Source: a virus (lineage: Duplodnaviria > Caudoviricetes). From it: DNA of 64,000 nt. The notes under the pieces are model-generated. The model saw only the letters and a program-made list of their open reading frames with translations. It ran no database searches and was not told the origin of the DNA. Position 1 is the stretch's first letter. Every line of letters starts with the position of its first letter. The stretch covers positions 13,192-77,191 of IMG/VR virus record IMGVR_UViG_3300020460_000014, one strand, 5' to 3'. Made by a program: the position numbers and the translations under genes. Positions 28,647-38,787 of the stretch are shown here, piece by piece.

Positions 28647-29283
28647 CTTCTGGTTCTATATCTTCAATATCAGCCTGTTGAATTCCTCTTTGTATTTGAT
28701 TCATAAGGTCCTTAGTACCTCTTTGAATATTTCCATTATCCTTTCCGCCAACTTCATCTAATTCATCATCCCTGTCTCTTTTCTTATATAGTTCAATATC
28801 TCTTGCTATTCTTTTAGCGCTTTCTTCTGTTGCCATCAAATACATCGTCTGACTTTTAATAATATCAAGCATTGATTTTTGTAAAGTTGCTAGCACCTCA
28901 AACATTCTTGGAGCCAATTCTCCACCTTCAATAGTTTCTAATAAGGTTGTTAGTGCTCGCTCTCCTGCCTTTAATTGATAGACTAACGAACTCATTGTCA
29001 TTTCATCCATCTTCTTTTTAGCCTGAAGATATTCGTCTTTTTCTATAATTTCAGCATCTAAATAGAATTGCATAAGACTTGTAATTGTCTTTTTGGCCTG
29101 CTTTTCTGAAAGTCCCTTCATCTCGCCAAAGTTGGCAGCTGGTGCAGCATTATGAAATTTTGGAACAGGTAAATCGCTAGGATCTGTTTCAACGTCCAAT
29201 TTCTCAGTTGGTCCTAAAAGATCTTCTAAGTCTTTTTTTATTTCTTCAGCATGCTCTGAAATCGTCTTTTTCTTTTCTGACAT
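28636..29283 (-). CDS. gp16: terminase small subunit (gp16-like)
   Basis: Overlaps gp17 start; 'ELAPRMFEVLATL' like gp16 'HPRAYEV'; late motif at 29305-29312. Confidence 0.65.
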   Translation of the reverse strand: MSEKKKTISEHAEEIKKDLEDLLGPTEKLDVETDPSDLPVPKFHNAAPAANFGEMKGLSEKQAKKTITSLMQFYLDAEIIEKDEYLQAKKKMDEMTMSSLVYQLKAGERALTTLLETIEGGELAPRMFEVLATLQKSMLDIIKSQTMYLMATEESAKRIARDIELYKKRDRDDELDEVGGKDNGNIQRGTKDLMNQIQRGIQQADIEDIEPEDEQ

Positions 29284-29316
29284 TTTAGATAATTTTTAAT
29301 AGATTATATATCTCTA

Positions 29317-31272
29317 TTATCGAACTTCACCGTATTTCTGCAGCATTAGTGAAGGCACTGCATTGTCCGCAACTATAAGGTATTGGCTATCTCTAACAAC
29401 ATATTGGTGTAGAACATTTATTTGTTGCTCCTCCTCTATTGTCTTACTAAATATTCTAATATTAGATAAATTATAGTGAGAACCTTTAAGTGTCCAATTA
29501 ACATCAGTTTCCCAAGCATGCGGTGAAAGGGTTTCTAATTTACTAGAATACATTTCTGTTAAATCAACTGATGATTGCGGGCTTTTATATAAATTTTGAT
29601 CATCTAATCCAAATATTTTAACACTGACCTCTCCGTATGTGTTACTAAGATTAACAACCATCGCATACCATTTTTTATTATTTAATATAAGGTCGTGATC
29701 AAATTCGTAATCTTGATTGTTTATTTTTATCAAAACATTTCTACTTGATAATTTAATAGCTAATCCATTTCCAATAGTATCAGTCCCGTCAATGGTATCA
29801 TAAAATGTTAAATCATCAAAATTAAACGAAGAGGTTGGGTTAAACCAAAACGTAAACGCTCTATTCTCTTCAGTTGTTAAAGTTGATAATTTTTCATAAA
29901 CAACAGCAGGATAATTATCATCAATAATAGTTGAAAGATCATAATAATTTCTTGTTACAACCGTCCATTTGTTCATTAAATTAATATCGTTAATGACTAA
30001 GTTCTTATGGACATATTTTCTAACGCCATCCTGTGAGGCATGATGTGTTGAATGGTATTGTAAAGGATTTGTTACTTTCTTAAATTCTTCTTGTTGCTCC
30101 TCTCCAAATACCTCTTCTACTCCAACAACAAGATCATTTAAATCTTCAGAAAATTCTCCTTTAATAGTTGAACTTCTATCTTCGTATTTTTTCAACATAA
30201 TTTTAAAATAAGTTAAAGTTCTATTAAATTCATCAGCCAAACTAACTCCATTTACCTCATACATTTTATTATTAAAAGGGAAATATAAATAATCTCTGCT
30301 TCTTGGACTCTTATTCTCTCCAAACTTTTCTTTAAACTCTTCTCCTAATAAATGGACTTCAAAATCATCAAATCCCATTCCAAAAATATCGAATTTTTCA
30401 GTTTCAGTTGGAAATTCATTATCTGGTACCATTACCTTTAATGTTGCCTTTTCAACAACATCATATAACGAATACTCTTTTAAAATAACATCTTTAGATC
30501 TAGTGTTTGGTTCTACCCTATAATAAATAACATCGTGGCCATAAATAGTATTTGCAAGACCAGAAAGACTTTTATAAAGATGTGAGGGTTTTTGAAGTTC
30601 ATAAGGTTTATAAATATTTTCAGCCTCGCATTCTACAATAATATTAGCACATCCAATAACATCGTAAGGATCGCAATTTGTACATATTTGAGGACATTCT
30701 TCAACAGTTCCATTTTCATATTGAAGTGAAAATGTTACTTTTAAAAATGAAAGAGTTTGTGTTTCTTGAAGATCTGAAACTGTTGCCTTAATTTCTAACC
30801 AAAGAGGACTTGCAGGATCAACGTCTAATGTTAAAATATCTCCAATTAACATTTCTTTATTTAATGGATGCCATTCGCTATGTTCTCCTCCTTTTTCTAC
30901 AATATCGTTTTGGCTCCATCTATATTCATAACTAAAATAATTCCAAGTATTTTCTTTTACATGGAAAGATACGTTATTTAAACTTACTTGTGGATAACTT
31001 TGTAAACTTAATGTTTCTTCATCAACAATGTGATCTACTACAAATTCATATCCTCCGGCTAAAAGTATGTCGCCAGAGTTAAAATCAAATCTAGTTGCAA
31101 TTCCTTTTACTATTAAATTGTTTTCTTCAATTGTAATAGTTCCAACTGTAAAATCATTAGAGAAACCAGATTGAATATTCCAATCCAAAATGGCCTCAAC
31201 ACCTTTATAAGGTTCTTCTAATCTAGCAATAATAACATCACCTATTTCTGTTGCAGTATATCCGTTTACCAT
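29317..31272 (-). CDS. gp14: gp14-like neck/head-closure protein with extra N-terminal and C-terminal LamG-like domains
   Basis: Central 'FDIFGMGFDD.EV..','PRSRDYLYFPFNNKMYEV'; C-terminal 'FTFWF..KWYAMVVN..LSNIRIF..IEEE'. Confidence 0.65.
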   Translation of the reverse strand: MVNGYTATEIGDVIIARLEEPYKGVEAILDWNIQSGFSNDFTVGTITIEENNLIVKGIATRFDFNSGDILLAGGYEFVVDHIVDEETLSLQSYPQVSLNNVSFHVKENTWNYFSYEYRWSQNDIVEKGGEHSEWHPLNKEMLIGDILTLDVDPASPLWLEIKATVSDLQETQTLSFLKVTFSLQYENGTVEECPQICTNCDPYDVIGCANIIVECEAENIYKPYELQKPSHLYKSLSGLANTIYGHDVIYYRVEPNTRSKDVILKEYSLYDVVEKATLKVMVPDNEFPTETEKFDIFGMGFDDFEVHLLGEEFKEKFGENKSPRSRDYLYFPFNNKMYEVNGVSLADEFNRTLTYFKIMLKKYEDRSSTIKGEFSEDLNDLVVGVEEVFGEEQQEEFKKVTNPLQYHSTHHASQDGVRKYVHKNLVINDINLMNKWTVVTRNYYDLSTIIDDNYPAVVYEKLSTLTTEENRAFTFWFNPTSSFNFDDLTFYDTIDGTDTIGNGLAIKLSSRNVLIKINNQDYEFDHDLILNNKKWYAMVVNLSNTYGEVSVKIFGLDDQNLYKSPQSSVDLTEMYSSKLETLSPHAWETDVNWTLKGSHYNLSNIRIFSKTIEEEQQINVLHQYVVRDSQYLIVADNAVPSLMLQKYGEVR

Positions 31273-31288
31273 AATTTATTTATCTTAA

Positions 31289-31540
31289 TTATTCTCCTTC
31301 GTAATCATCTTTATATCCTTTTCTACTAAACTTTTCAACAGTAGAAAATCCAAGTCCTGCGCCTGCTAACCATAACATGCCTTCAAAAACGTATTCTTGT
31401 AATGGAAGTTCTGCAAAAATGTTAGCAACAAATGCGACTGATATTAAAATAAATGCGATAAGAGTGACTAATCTTTTTGAAGAAGGTTGGCCATCTACAT
31501 CGGTAAGTATTTTTCCTAAATAAGTAGTAAACTTACTCAT
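31289..31540 (-). CDS. small two-TM membrane protein (holin-like)
   Basis: 'PSSKRLVTLIAF..GAGLGFSTVEKF'; late motif at 31561-31568. Confidence 0.5.
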   Translation of the reverse strand: MSKFTTYLGKILTDVDGQPSSKRLVTLIAFILISVAFVANIFAELPLQEYVFEGMLWLAGAGLGFSTVEKFSRKGYKDDYEGE

Positions 31541-31559
31541 ATAACAAATTTCTTTTTTG

Positions 31560-32195
31560 TTATATATCTAAATAATCCGTGACTATAAGGGCTTCTGGGT
31601 TGTCTTCTATATAACTGTCAAAATATGTTAATAATCTTTGACAAACGTTTTTATAATTTTGATCATTTGATGATACTAAAACCCCTTCCAATCTATTTGC
31701 TAAAGAATCTAATTTTACTATAGAATATTGAGTTTTTTTAATGCAACCTATTTTTTTTAAAACTTCATTGACATATGTGATTTCTTCTTTTTTAAAGAAA
31801 TCAAAAGTTCTAAAAGTTCCTCTAACAACTTTATAGGCAAAATTAAGAGTTTTTAATTCTTCTCCAGTTTCAATACGAGTATATGCTGCATTTTTAGAAA
31901 GACTGATTTGATACCACCTTAAGTTTTTCATTTCAGTAAATATCTTATTTAAAAAATAAATTGAATTCGCATCTCGGTGTAATGTTCTATTAGAAACTAT
32001 AGCGAGTTTTTCCAATTCTTCTTTAAAATATTCTTTTAATAAATCTTGAACAAAATGTGCTCTTACTAAAATAGTACCTCTATGTGTTTGATATATGCTT
32101 TGATTCTTTATTAAAGTATATAGTTTAGAATCAATGGAATTATACTTATATAAAGTTATAGAAATTATTTCTGGAAACCAATTTAACCTAGCCAT
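31560..32195 (-). CDS. hypothetical protein
   Basis: 211-aa ORF in replication operon. Confidence 0.6.
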   Translation of the reverse strand: MARLNWFPEIISITLYKYNSIDSKLYTLIKNQSIYQTHRGTILVRAHFVQDLLKEYFKEELEKLAIVSNRTLHRDANSIYFLNKIFTEMKNLRWYQISLSKNAAYTRIETGEELKTLNFAYKVVRGTFRTFDFFKKEEITYVNEVLKKIGCIKKTQYSIVKLDSLANRLEGVLVSSNDQNYKNVCQRLLTYFDSYIEDNPEALIVTDYLDI

Positions 32196-32613
32196 ATACC
32201 CTAATTTGTTTTTCTAATTTTTTAAGATCATTATAAAATTGTTCCTTATTAAAAGATTTTAGTTCTTCTATTTCTCTATTACCAATTTCATTCTTTTCCA
32301 TATATAATCTTAAAACATCTTCATTAGGCGTATATGTTTCTTTTATGTTTTTCTTAGTTGCTTTTGTCTTAGTGTATATCCAACCAGGAACTTTATTAAA
32401 TCTAGCTGCTACCATTTGCCAGCTATCAATAACTTTAGATCCACTTATTCCATTAATATTAAATAATTGTGCGTTTGCTGGAAATTGAATAGACATAAAT
32501 CTATTGACCATAAAATGATGTCTCTTTTTTGAAGAATTCTTTAGATTATTATAATGATCTTTTTTAGTGAACATTATTTTAATAAAATCAAATAATTTGG
32601 TATCGTCTAACAT
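32188..32613 (-). CDS. gp62: clamp loader small subunit-like
   Basis: 'LFDFIK','FMVNRFMS','W..K' pattern and proximity to gp44. Confidence 0.55.
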   Translation of the reverse strand: MLDDTKLFDFIKIMFTKKDHYNNLKNSSKKRHHFMVNRFMSIQFPANAQLFNINGISGSKVIDSWQMVAARFNKVPGWIYTKTKATKKNIKETYTPNEDVLRLYMEKNEIGNREIEELKSFNKEQFYNDLKKLEKQIRVYG

Positions 32614-33839
32614 TAAAATAGATTTTTCTTTTTACCTATTAATTTTAGTTTCTTAGGCTTATTTGTTTCATCCTCTAAATTAGAAAATGCATCATATTTT
32701 TTAGGAGTTGATACTTTTAACCAATCTGTTCCTTCTAATATTTTATCTTTATTAGTAAGTTTAGAAACATCCATATTGTCTAGTAATTTAAACTCTTTTT
32801 CAATATGTTTATAAATTTCAGATTGTATAGCATCTGGAATAACATTGACATGTAACATCATTAAATTCATATTTTTAAATATATTCTGTTCAATAATATT
32901 AACGTTTGATTTCCCAATTACTCTATAAACAATGTCAGATAATTTAGTTAATTCATCTTTATTAAATAATAGATCTATTACAAAATCATTATTTTCTTTT
33001 GTATATTGCTGATATATTTTCTTGGCAATTTTTTCTGTTATTGAGTAAGTTCTTAACCTGCCGTCTTTTAATTCTTTTTGCCAAACAACTACTGATGGGA
33101 TATTATCAGACTTATCACCTATTAATATTTTTTCAAATAAAAATTCATCGCAATTAATTTCATTGACTTTGATTTTATTATTTTCTATCCAAACCTTCAT
33201 TGAGTGTTTATACTCATCAGATAAACCAGAATAAGAACTCATATTAAATAAAAGATCATCATTATTAACTTCTTGTTTTTTATTTAATACTTCTCTAAAG
33301 TTTGAAAAAGTACAAAGTGTTTTTTGAGCAGTTGAATACCAAAGAGTGTACGCCTCATTAGCATTTGAATAATTGACTAATTGAATAAGGTCTCTATCTC
33401 CAGACCAAACAATACAATTTTTGCCTTTGTTATTTAAGAAAGTCGACCAACCGAAAAGAACATCATCTGCCTCTGCGCCATCTATTCTATGTACAATGAC
33501 TCCATGTTTTTGGAGTATTGATTGAAATTCTTCGTAAATATTATAAACACTATTCCAATCTATTTTTTCATCTGGTTTTCTAGTGCCTTTATATTCTGCC
33601 TTTGGATAAAGGTCTTTACGCCAGCTTCTTGCGTCTACCGTAACAATAACTTTATCTATAAAATCTCGCATTTTTCTTACTTCTGACGCAAGATCTATTG
33701 CCAACTTTCTCATAAGAGTAGCACGCGATTCATCATCTTCCATCATTTTACCACGTTTTGGCCTTGGTAAAACAAACAGGCGACTATGTAAAAAATAGTT
33801 ACCATCGATAAGTAGCGTATGTCCGCCTTTTTTCATCAT
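32613..33839 (-). CDS. rnh: 5'-3' exonuclease / RNase H (T4 rnh-like)
   Basis: LLIDGN, GAEADDV, SGDRDLIQL, GDKSDNIP. Confidence 0.93.
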   Translation of the reverse strand: MMKKGGHTLLIDGNYFLHSRLFVLPRPKRGKMMEDDESRATLMRKLAIDLASEVRKMRDFIDKVIVTVDARSWRKDLYPKAEYKGTRKPDEKIDWNSVYNIYEEFQSILQKHGVIVHRIDGAEADDVLFGWSTFLNNKGKNCIVWSGDRDLIQLVNYSNANEAYTLWYSTAQKTLCTFSNFREVLNKKQEVNNDDLLFNMSSYSGLSDEYKHSMKVWIENNKIKVNEINCDEFLFEKILIGDKSDNIPSVVVWQKELKDGRLRTYSITEKIAKKIYQQYTKENNDFVIDLLFNKDELTKLSDIVYRVIGKSNVNIIEQNIFKNMNLMMLHVNVIPDAIQSEIYKHIEKEFKLLDNMDVSKLTNKDKILEGTDWLKVSTPKKYDAFSNLEDETNKPKKLKLIGKKKNLF

Positions 33840-33843
33840 CTTT

Positions 33844-34803
33844 TTAGTTTTTTCTTATTATTTCTTGCGCCTTATAAACTAATGAAAGCATTGTTATAAC
33901 AGGATCAATAACGTGTATTCTTTGTGCCTGATGCCTTGCAACTTCTACTACAATTTCAGGAATATGCTTTACACTTTGTGGTTTTTCCTGTTGTATGTAT
34001 TCTATAAAGTCTTCACCTAGACTTTGTAACACGTCATCTACCCTATTAGAATAATTGCTTACTAATGTTTTATAATTAGTTATTGGATTTGTTTCATTAA
34101 AAATCAGTTCAAATACATCTTTATAAACTGAATTGAATCTTTTAACGTCAACTAAATTTATAACATCAGTTCCTTGTGCTTTGAATCCTTGTAATTTATT
34201 TAAAGTAGATCTAAGATCTGGAAAGTTTCTTCTTACAAATTCAACAAGTGCTGGTTTTTCTATTGTCATTCCTTCTTGGCCGCAAATATCATAGACTCTT
34301 CTAATATATTTTTTAGTCAACTCTGCCTCTTCCTCTTTATCAAAATCAAAATCAATAACTTCAAATCTAGAAAGTATAGGATCTGGCAATTTATTAATAT
34401 AATTACAAGTTGCTATAAATCTACTATTTGAAGCAAACGTTTCCATTGTAGCGCGCAATGCCTTAAAGAATTGATCACTAACACCATCGACCTCATCAAG
34501 TATTACAACCTTCAATGAAGAAGGACCGTCCATAATTGAAACTGTAGAACAAAAATCAGTAATTCTAGTTCTAATAACATCAACTGAAGTATCTGTAGAT
34601 GCATTAATATAAAGATAAGGCATGTTGAATTGATTAACTACTGCCTTTGCTGTAGATGTTTTGCCTGTTCCAGGACTTCCTGCAAATAACATGTTTTGTA
34701 CTAAACCTTCTTTAAACTTATTCATCACCCTTTCTGGTAAAATAAGTTCTGATAAGTTTTTTGGTCTATATTTTTCTGTGAATAATTCTCTAACTGCTTG
34801 CAT
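33844..34803 (-). CDS. gp44: clamp loader large subunit (RFC AAA+)
   Basis: 'TEKYRP', GSPGTGKT, ILDEVD, SRF, FPDLR. Confidence 0.95.
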   Translation of the reverse strand: MQAVRELFTEKYRPKNLSELILPERVMNKFKEGLVQNMLFAGSPGTGKTSTAKAVVNQFNMPYLYINASTDTSVDVIRTRITDFCSTVSIMDGPSSLKVVILDEVDGVSDQFFKALRATMETFASNSRFIATCNYINKLPDPILSRFEVIDFDFDKEEEAELTKKYIRRVYDICGQEGMTIEKPALVEFVRRNFPDLRSTLNKLQGFKAQGTDVINLVDVKRFNSVYKDVFELIFNETNPITNYKTLVSNYSNRVDDVLQSLGEDFIEYIQQEKPQSVKHIPEIVVEVARHQAQRIHVIDPVITMLSLVYKAQEIIRKN

Positions 34804-34820
34804 TTATGTTTTATTTTTTA

Positions 34821-34849
34821 ATTATATAAAAAAATATCAATTTGTTTAA
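34821..34849 (-). promoter_or_regulatory. AAAC-N17-TATAAT class promoter (gp44)
   Basis: TTAAAC-17 nt-TATAAT. Confidence 0.7.
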
Positions 34850-35052
34850 TCTGGGAAAAGCCTAGGGGGAAGTGGGGCCAATTCAATAGTTGTTGGATCC
34901 ACTGGCCATATTGGCATTCTACCAATTGTAATTTGTAAGCCTGCTTGAAGAAATTTATTAATCCCAATAAAATTACAAATTCCAACCCATTGATTTCCAG
35001 TTGAATCAGTAAATCTTATTCTTTTTCCTAAAAATTTATTAAAATCTTTCAT
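34846..35052 (-). CDS. hypothetical protein
   Basis: 68-aa ORF. Confidence 0.55.
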   Translation of the reverse strand: MKDFNKFLGKRIRFTDSTGNQWVGICNFIGINKFLQAGLQITIGRMPIWPVDPTTIELAPLPPRLFPD

Positions 35053-35062
35053 TATTTTATTA

Positions 35063-35224
35063 TTATCCTACTAATATTTCTTGTACCGCATCTGCGATCC
35101 ATACATTGGTGGTACCATGCAACTTCTTTAACTCTGCTTCTTTAGCAATTGCTTCATGAAGTTCATCATAAAAAAATTCATTAATAATTTCAAATCCATG
35201 TAGTACTTTTACTGTATATCTCAT
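35063..35224 (-). CDS. small hypothetical protein (53 aa), not in ORF track
   Basis: MRYTVKVLHGFEIINEFFYDELHEAIAKEAELKKLHGTTNVWIADAVQEILVG directly behind early-type element. Confidence 0.55.
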   Translation of the reverse strand: MRYTVKVLHGFEIINEFFYDELHEAIAKEAELKKLHGTTNVWIADAVQEILVG

Positions 35225-35240
35225 AATGTTAATTGTTTAA

Positions 35241-35298
35241 TTATAGTTAAATATAAACAAAATCCATGACATAAAAAAATCTGGAGTCACTTTTTTTT
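35241..35298 (-). promoter_or_regulatory. putative early promoter, copy 4
   Basis: AAATATAAACAAAATCCATGACATAAAAAAATCTGGAGTCAC on plus strand. Confidence 0.75.
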
Positions 35299-35317
35299 CA
35301 AAAAATATATAAAATAT

Positions 35318-35809
35318 ATGAAGATAGAAGTGTCTAACAATAATAAACAGGCTCACCGCTACGGCATAAAGCTAGAAGGTCTTCCTAGAACTATTAGAAA
35401 GTTTATGATTGAAAACAGACAATTAAATAAATGGAAAGATAATCTTTTATTTTTTAAACAGATACTTCTTATGGAAAAACGTTTGTTAAAACTAAAGAAT
35501 AACGCCCTTAGTGATAAGTTGTTCTTAGATCCTATAAATCATAAACCTGTAAAGATAGATGACCTGATATCATCTTATGACACTGTAGATTGGTGCTGTG
35601 CCATCAGTAAGAAACCTATTAAGGCTAAATTTAATAATTTTGATTTAAAGAACTTTGTGCATCCAGAATATTTTGATGTGCTTAAGGCCCCAATGGTAGA
35701 TAGTCGCATTCTTAAAAGTAGCGTTGAGTTTAGAAAATATTGTAAAAAACTCCTGCTGGAGGACCAACAAGAGTTTATACGTATTGTTAAAAAAGGTAAA
35801 AAGTCTTAA
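35318..35809 (+). CDS. hypothetical protein (plus strand)
   Basis: 163-aa ORF with no minus-strand competitor; AATATATA upstream. Confidence 0.7.
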   Translation: MKIEVSNNNKQAHRYGIKLEGLPRTIRKFMIENRQLNKWKDNLLFFKQILLMEKRLLKLKNNALSDKLFLDPINHKPVKIDDLISSYDTVDWCCAISKKPIKAKFNNFDLKNFVHPEYFDVLKAPMVDSRILKSSVEFRKYCKKLLLEDQQEFIRIVKKGKKS

Positions 35810-35810
35810 T

Positions 35811-37199
35811 TTATTTTTTATTTAAAAAGTCTTCAAATACCTTTATGCTTTTTGTAAGTTTAATACTTTTACTTTCTTTTTTAGGCTCTGTCTTTTTTGT
35901 TTTTAAAGCCTTTTTATATTGTTGTTCAAAATGATCCATTGCAGCCTTTCTTCTACCTTTTTGAAAATCAATAGCCTCTTCATTTGCACCTTCTTCTTTT
36001 GCAACATTCCCACCATTTCCTGTTTTACTATTAAGGCTTTGTAATTCTGACCATGCCTTTTTTAAAGCCTCTTCATTTTCTTCAGATTGATTCTTTTCTA
36101 ATGATGTAATTGCCTTATCAAATCCTTCAGCCCCTCTAATAAAATCATTTTCTGCTGACATTGCCTCTTTGTATTTAGGATTCTTATCTTCTTTTTTCTT
36201 TTCCTTTTCTGAATTTTGTTGATCCTTTTTTGCCTTTTCCTGTTCCTTTTTAAGTTCAGCTATAACTGCTTTATTAGTTTTATTCTTTTCTGCTAATTCT
36301 TCTTTAGTTTTTTTACTCCAATTTTCAATATTTTTAGCAAGAAGGTCTTCATCTCCTTCATAAATTTGATTAATATAATCTTCTTCTAATTTCATTATAT
36401 TAGGATCTTCTTTCTCTTCAATTGCTATTCTTCCTTCTTCCCAAAGCCTACTCATTTTAGAAGGACCTTCTGTTTTTTGTAACTTTTCGAAAAATCCTCT
36501 AAAATCTGTTTCTGACTCTGTAACCTTCCACATATCTTGTAATGCTACTAAATCTTTTTCTAATTTTCCTTTCCATTTTTCTTTTTTAAGATCAAATGCT
36601 TTTTCTACTGCGGCTTTTAAACTATCAATTTTACTATCTCTAACTTCTCTTATTTTTGCCTTCTTGTCAGCGTCTTCTATAGTTTCCAGCTTTTTCTTTA
36701 TTTTTTCTTTGAAAGCCCCGATTTTTTGATCTATAATCTCCTGTTTCTTATGTTTAATATCAAATAATTGGTTGCTATATCGTATTTCAACTTCTAATCT
36801 TTCTTTTTTAGGATAATATTTAGCGTATTCTGCTAATCGTTTTTTAATATTCTTTTTAGCCTTTCTTTCTGCCCATAATAACATAACAGCGCCGACTCCT
36901 AATGCAATCGTACCTATTACTGCGCCCTTAGCGCTTGAAATAGCAGACTTTCCTGATTCATATCCAGCATCATAATCTTGATCTTCAGTTATATACTTTT
37001 CACTTGTCATTGGATCTAAGTTTATAGTATCTTGATCTGCTGGAGTATCTAAACTCAATTCCAATTCTTTTAATTTATCTAAAATAGTATCGATTTCCTT
37101 TGAAAGGTCTGGGTTTTGTTCTATAGAATCTTTTTCTTTTTCAGAATTAGGTTCTTTACTAAACTCGTTTAATTTTATTAATTTATTAGAGATTTTCAT
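35811..37199 (-). CDS. Lys/Glu-rich coiled-coil late protein, possible internal head protein
   Basis: 462 aa, late motif at 37219-37226, directly downstream of gp23; C-terminal 'IKVFEDFLN'. Confidence 0.6.
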   Translation of the reverse strand: MKISNKLIKLNEFSKEPNSEKEKDSIEQNPDLSKEIDTILDKLKELELSLDTPADQDTINLDPMTSEKYITEDQDYDAGYESGKSAISSAKGAVIGTIALGVGAVMLLWAERKAKKNIKKRLAEYAKYYPKKERLEVEIRYSNQLFDIKHKKQEIIDQKIGAFKEKIKKKLETIEDADKKAKIREVRDSKIDSLKAAVEKAFDLKKEKWKGKLEKDLVALQDMWKVTESETDFRGFFEKLQKTEGPSKMSRLWEEGRIAIEEKEDPNIMKLEEDYINQIYEGDEDLLAKNIENWSKKTKEELAEKNKTNKAVIAELKKEQEKAKKDQQNSEKEKKKEDKNPKYKEAMSAENDFIRGAEGFDKAITSLEKNQSEENEEALKKAWSELQSLNSKTGNGGNVAKEEGANEEAIDFQKGRRKAAMDHFEQQYKKALKTKKTEPKKESKSIKLTKSIKVFEDFLNKK

Positions 37200-37240
37200 A
37201 TTAAAAATTATATTTTATTATATATCAATCTTATCTACAT

Positions 37241-37270
37241 AAAAAAGGGACTCTAAAATAGAGTCCCTTT
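37241..37270 (-). terminator. intrinsic terminator after major capsid gene
   Basis: AAAGGGACTCT-loop-AGAGTCCCTTT plus T-run. Confidence 0.85.
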
Positions 37271-37304
37271 AATATTTTAAACTATTAAAAGTTAATGCTT
37301 AAAC

Positions 37305-38702
37305 TTAAGCGATATTAATCATATCACCAGTTCCAGCAGTAGCTCCTTTAACAGTAATATCAAAACTTGCATATTGAGTTTCAGGATGGAATCCAGCTTC
37401 AACTAATGCGAATCTAGATTTAACAGCTACTTTAGGAGCCATAGTTCCTTCAGCAATTGCTTGTACAGATTCAGCCATTAAGTAAGGCATGAATACAAGA
37501 CCAGGTCCGTTTCCATCTCCTTTTCTACCAACTAGTACAGTAGCACTACTCCAAGCCCATTTAGGGTTAGTGTAAACTTGTACACCAGCAACAGAACCTA
37601 CAGGGTAAATAGCACCTGCAGCTTGAGAAGCTGTGTTAGCCATTGGGTTAGGAACAAAACCAGCAACAGATTGAATTAATGTAGCAACCTGTGGTCCAAC
37701 AACCGCGAAGTTACCAGCACCTCTTCTACCTTTATTTGCAATGAAGTTAGCAGCAGCAAGAATACCAGTTAAGATTTTTCTATGCTCTGAACCTTCAGTA
37801 GAACCGCCAGAAGCAGGTTCTTTAAGATCAACGTCTAAAGAAACTGATCCCATATTTGAACTAGCTAGGCTTTCAATCTTGTTAATGATTAGATCATTAA
37901 TTGCTTGAGTTAATTCGTTAGTTAATACAGCCTCAACTTGTGCAACTGCGTCAACACCGAATTGTTTAAGATCTTGAACTTGTTCTCTAGTAACTGCAGC
38001 AGCAACTTGGAAAGTTTTAGCTTCAACAGCCTTTGAGAATAAAGATAGACCCATTAATTTGTCTGGAGTAGATTCTCCCATACCTCTTGAATAAGGGTTA
38101 CCGTCTTTATCAGCAGCCGCGAATCCTTTAATATGATCTTCTAAAGCAGATACTAATTCTGCGTCATTATATTCATTAGTGATAGGAGCATTAGCGGCAG
38201 TAGTATCGCCGATTTTTACGATGTTTAAACCATCGATTCTTGAAGTACCTACGATTTCATCACCAGTTTTAGCTACAGTAGCTCCAGTTTTAATATAAGT
38301 AGGAGTTACGTCTCCACTAGCACCTCCAGTAGTTTGAAGAGTACCTCCTTCGTATACGAAGTCAAGGTAAGAAAGTAATCCCATAGGACCAGCCATTGGT
38401 ACAACTGGTACAAGGTCTAGACCTATTGTTTGAGCTGCAACTTGCATCGCTAAAGGAAGTAAAGTTGGAGCTTTGTCACCAGAACCGTCAGCACCACCAA
38501 CAGTTGGTAGTTCAACAGGTCCCATACCTCCGATATTCATCAAAGGGTTAAGTGACATGATGTTTGCGTCTTCATAAAGTTTGTGATTATGACAATACTC
38601 AGACATCCATGCTAATTTCGAAGCATCATTGATACCAGTCGCAGATTCGATGATCGGTGACCAAGTTTCTCTGATTTCAGCTTCATTAATTAAATTTGCC
38701 AT
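37305..38702 (-). CDS. gp23: major capsid protein
   Basis: 'LVPVVPMAGPMG', 'VEAKTFQVAAAVTREQVQDLK', 'LTNELTQAIN', 'YMPY..' equivalent FMPY, 'KSRFALV'. Confidence 0.95.
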   Translation of the reverse strand: MANLINEAEIRETWSPIIESATGINDASKLAWMSEYCHNHKLYEDANIMSLNPLMNIGGMGPVELPTVGGADGSGDKAPTLLPLAMQVAAQTIGLDLVPVVPMAGPMGLLSYLDFVYEGGTLQTTGGASGDVTPTYIKTGATVAKTGDEIVGTSRIDGLNIVKIGDTTAANAPITNEYNDAELVSALEDHIKGFAAADKDGNPYSRGMGESTPDKLMGLSLFSKAVEAKTFQVAAAVTREQVQDLKQFGVDAVAQVEAVLTNELTQAINDLIINKIESLASSNMGSVSLDVDLKEPASGGSTEGSEHRKILTGILAAANFIANKGRRGAGNFAVVGPQVATLIQSVAGFVPNPMANTASQAAGAIYPVGSVAGVQVYTNPKWAWSSATVLVGRKGDGNGPGLVFMPYLMAESVQAIAEGTMAPKVAVKSRFALVEAGFHPETQYASFDITVKGATAGTGDMINIA

Positions 38703-38787
38703 TTTATTAATAATTTTTTTTAAATTTGTTTATTTCGACTTATTATTTCGGCTTTCTGCTTCTTTCGCCAAATCGTCGAATATGTTT

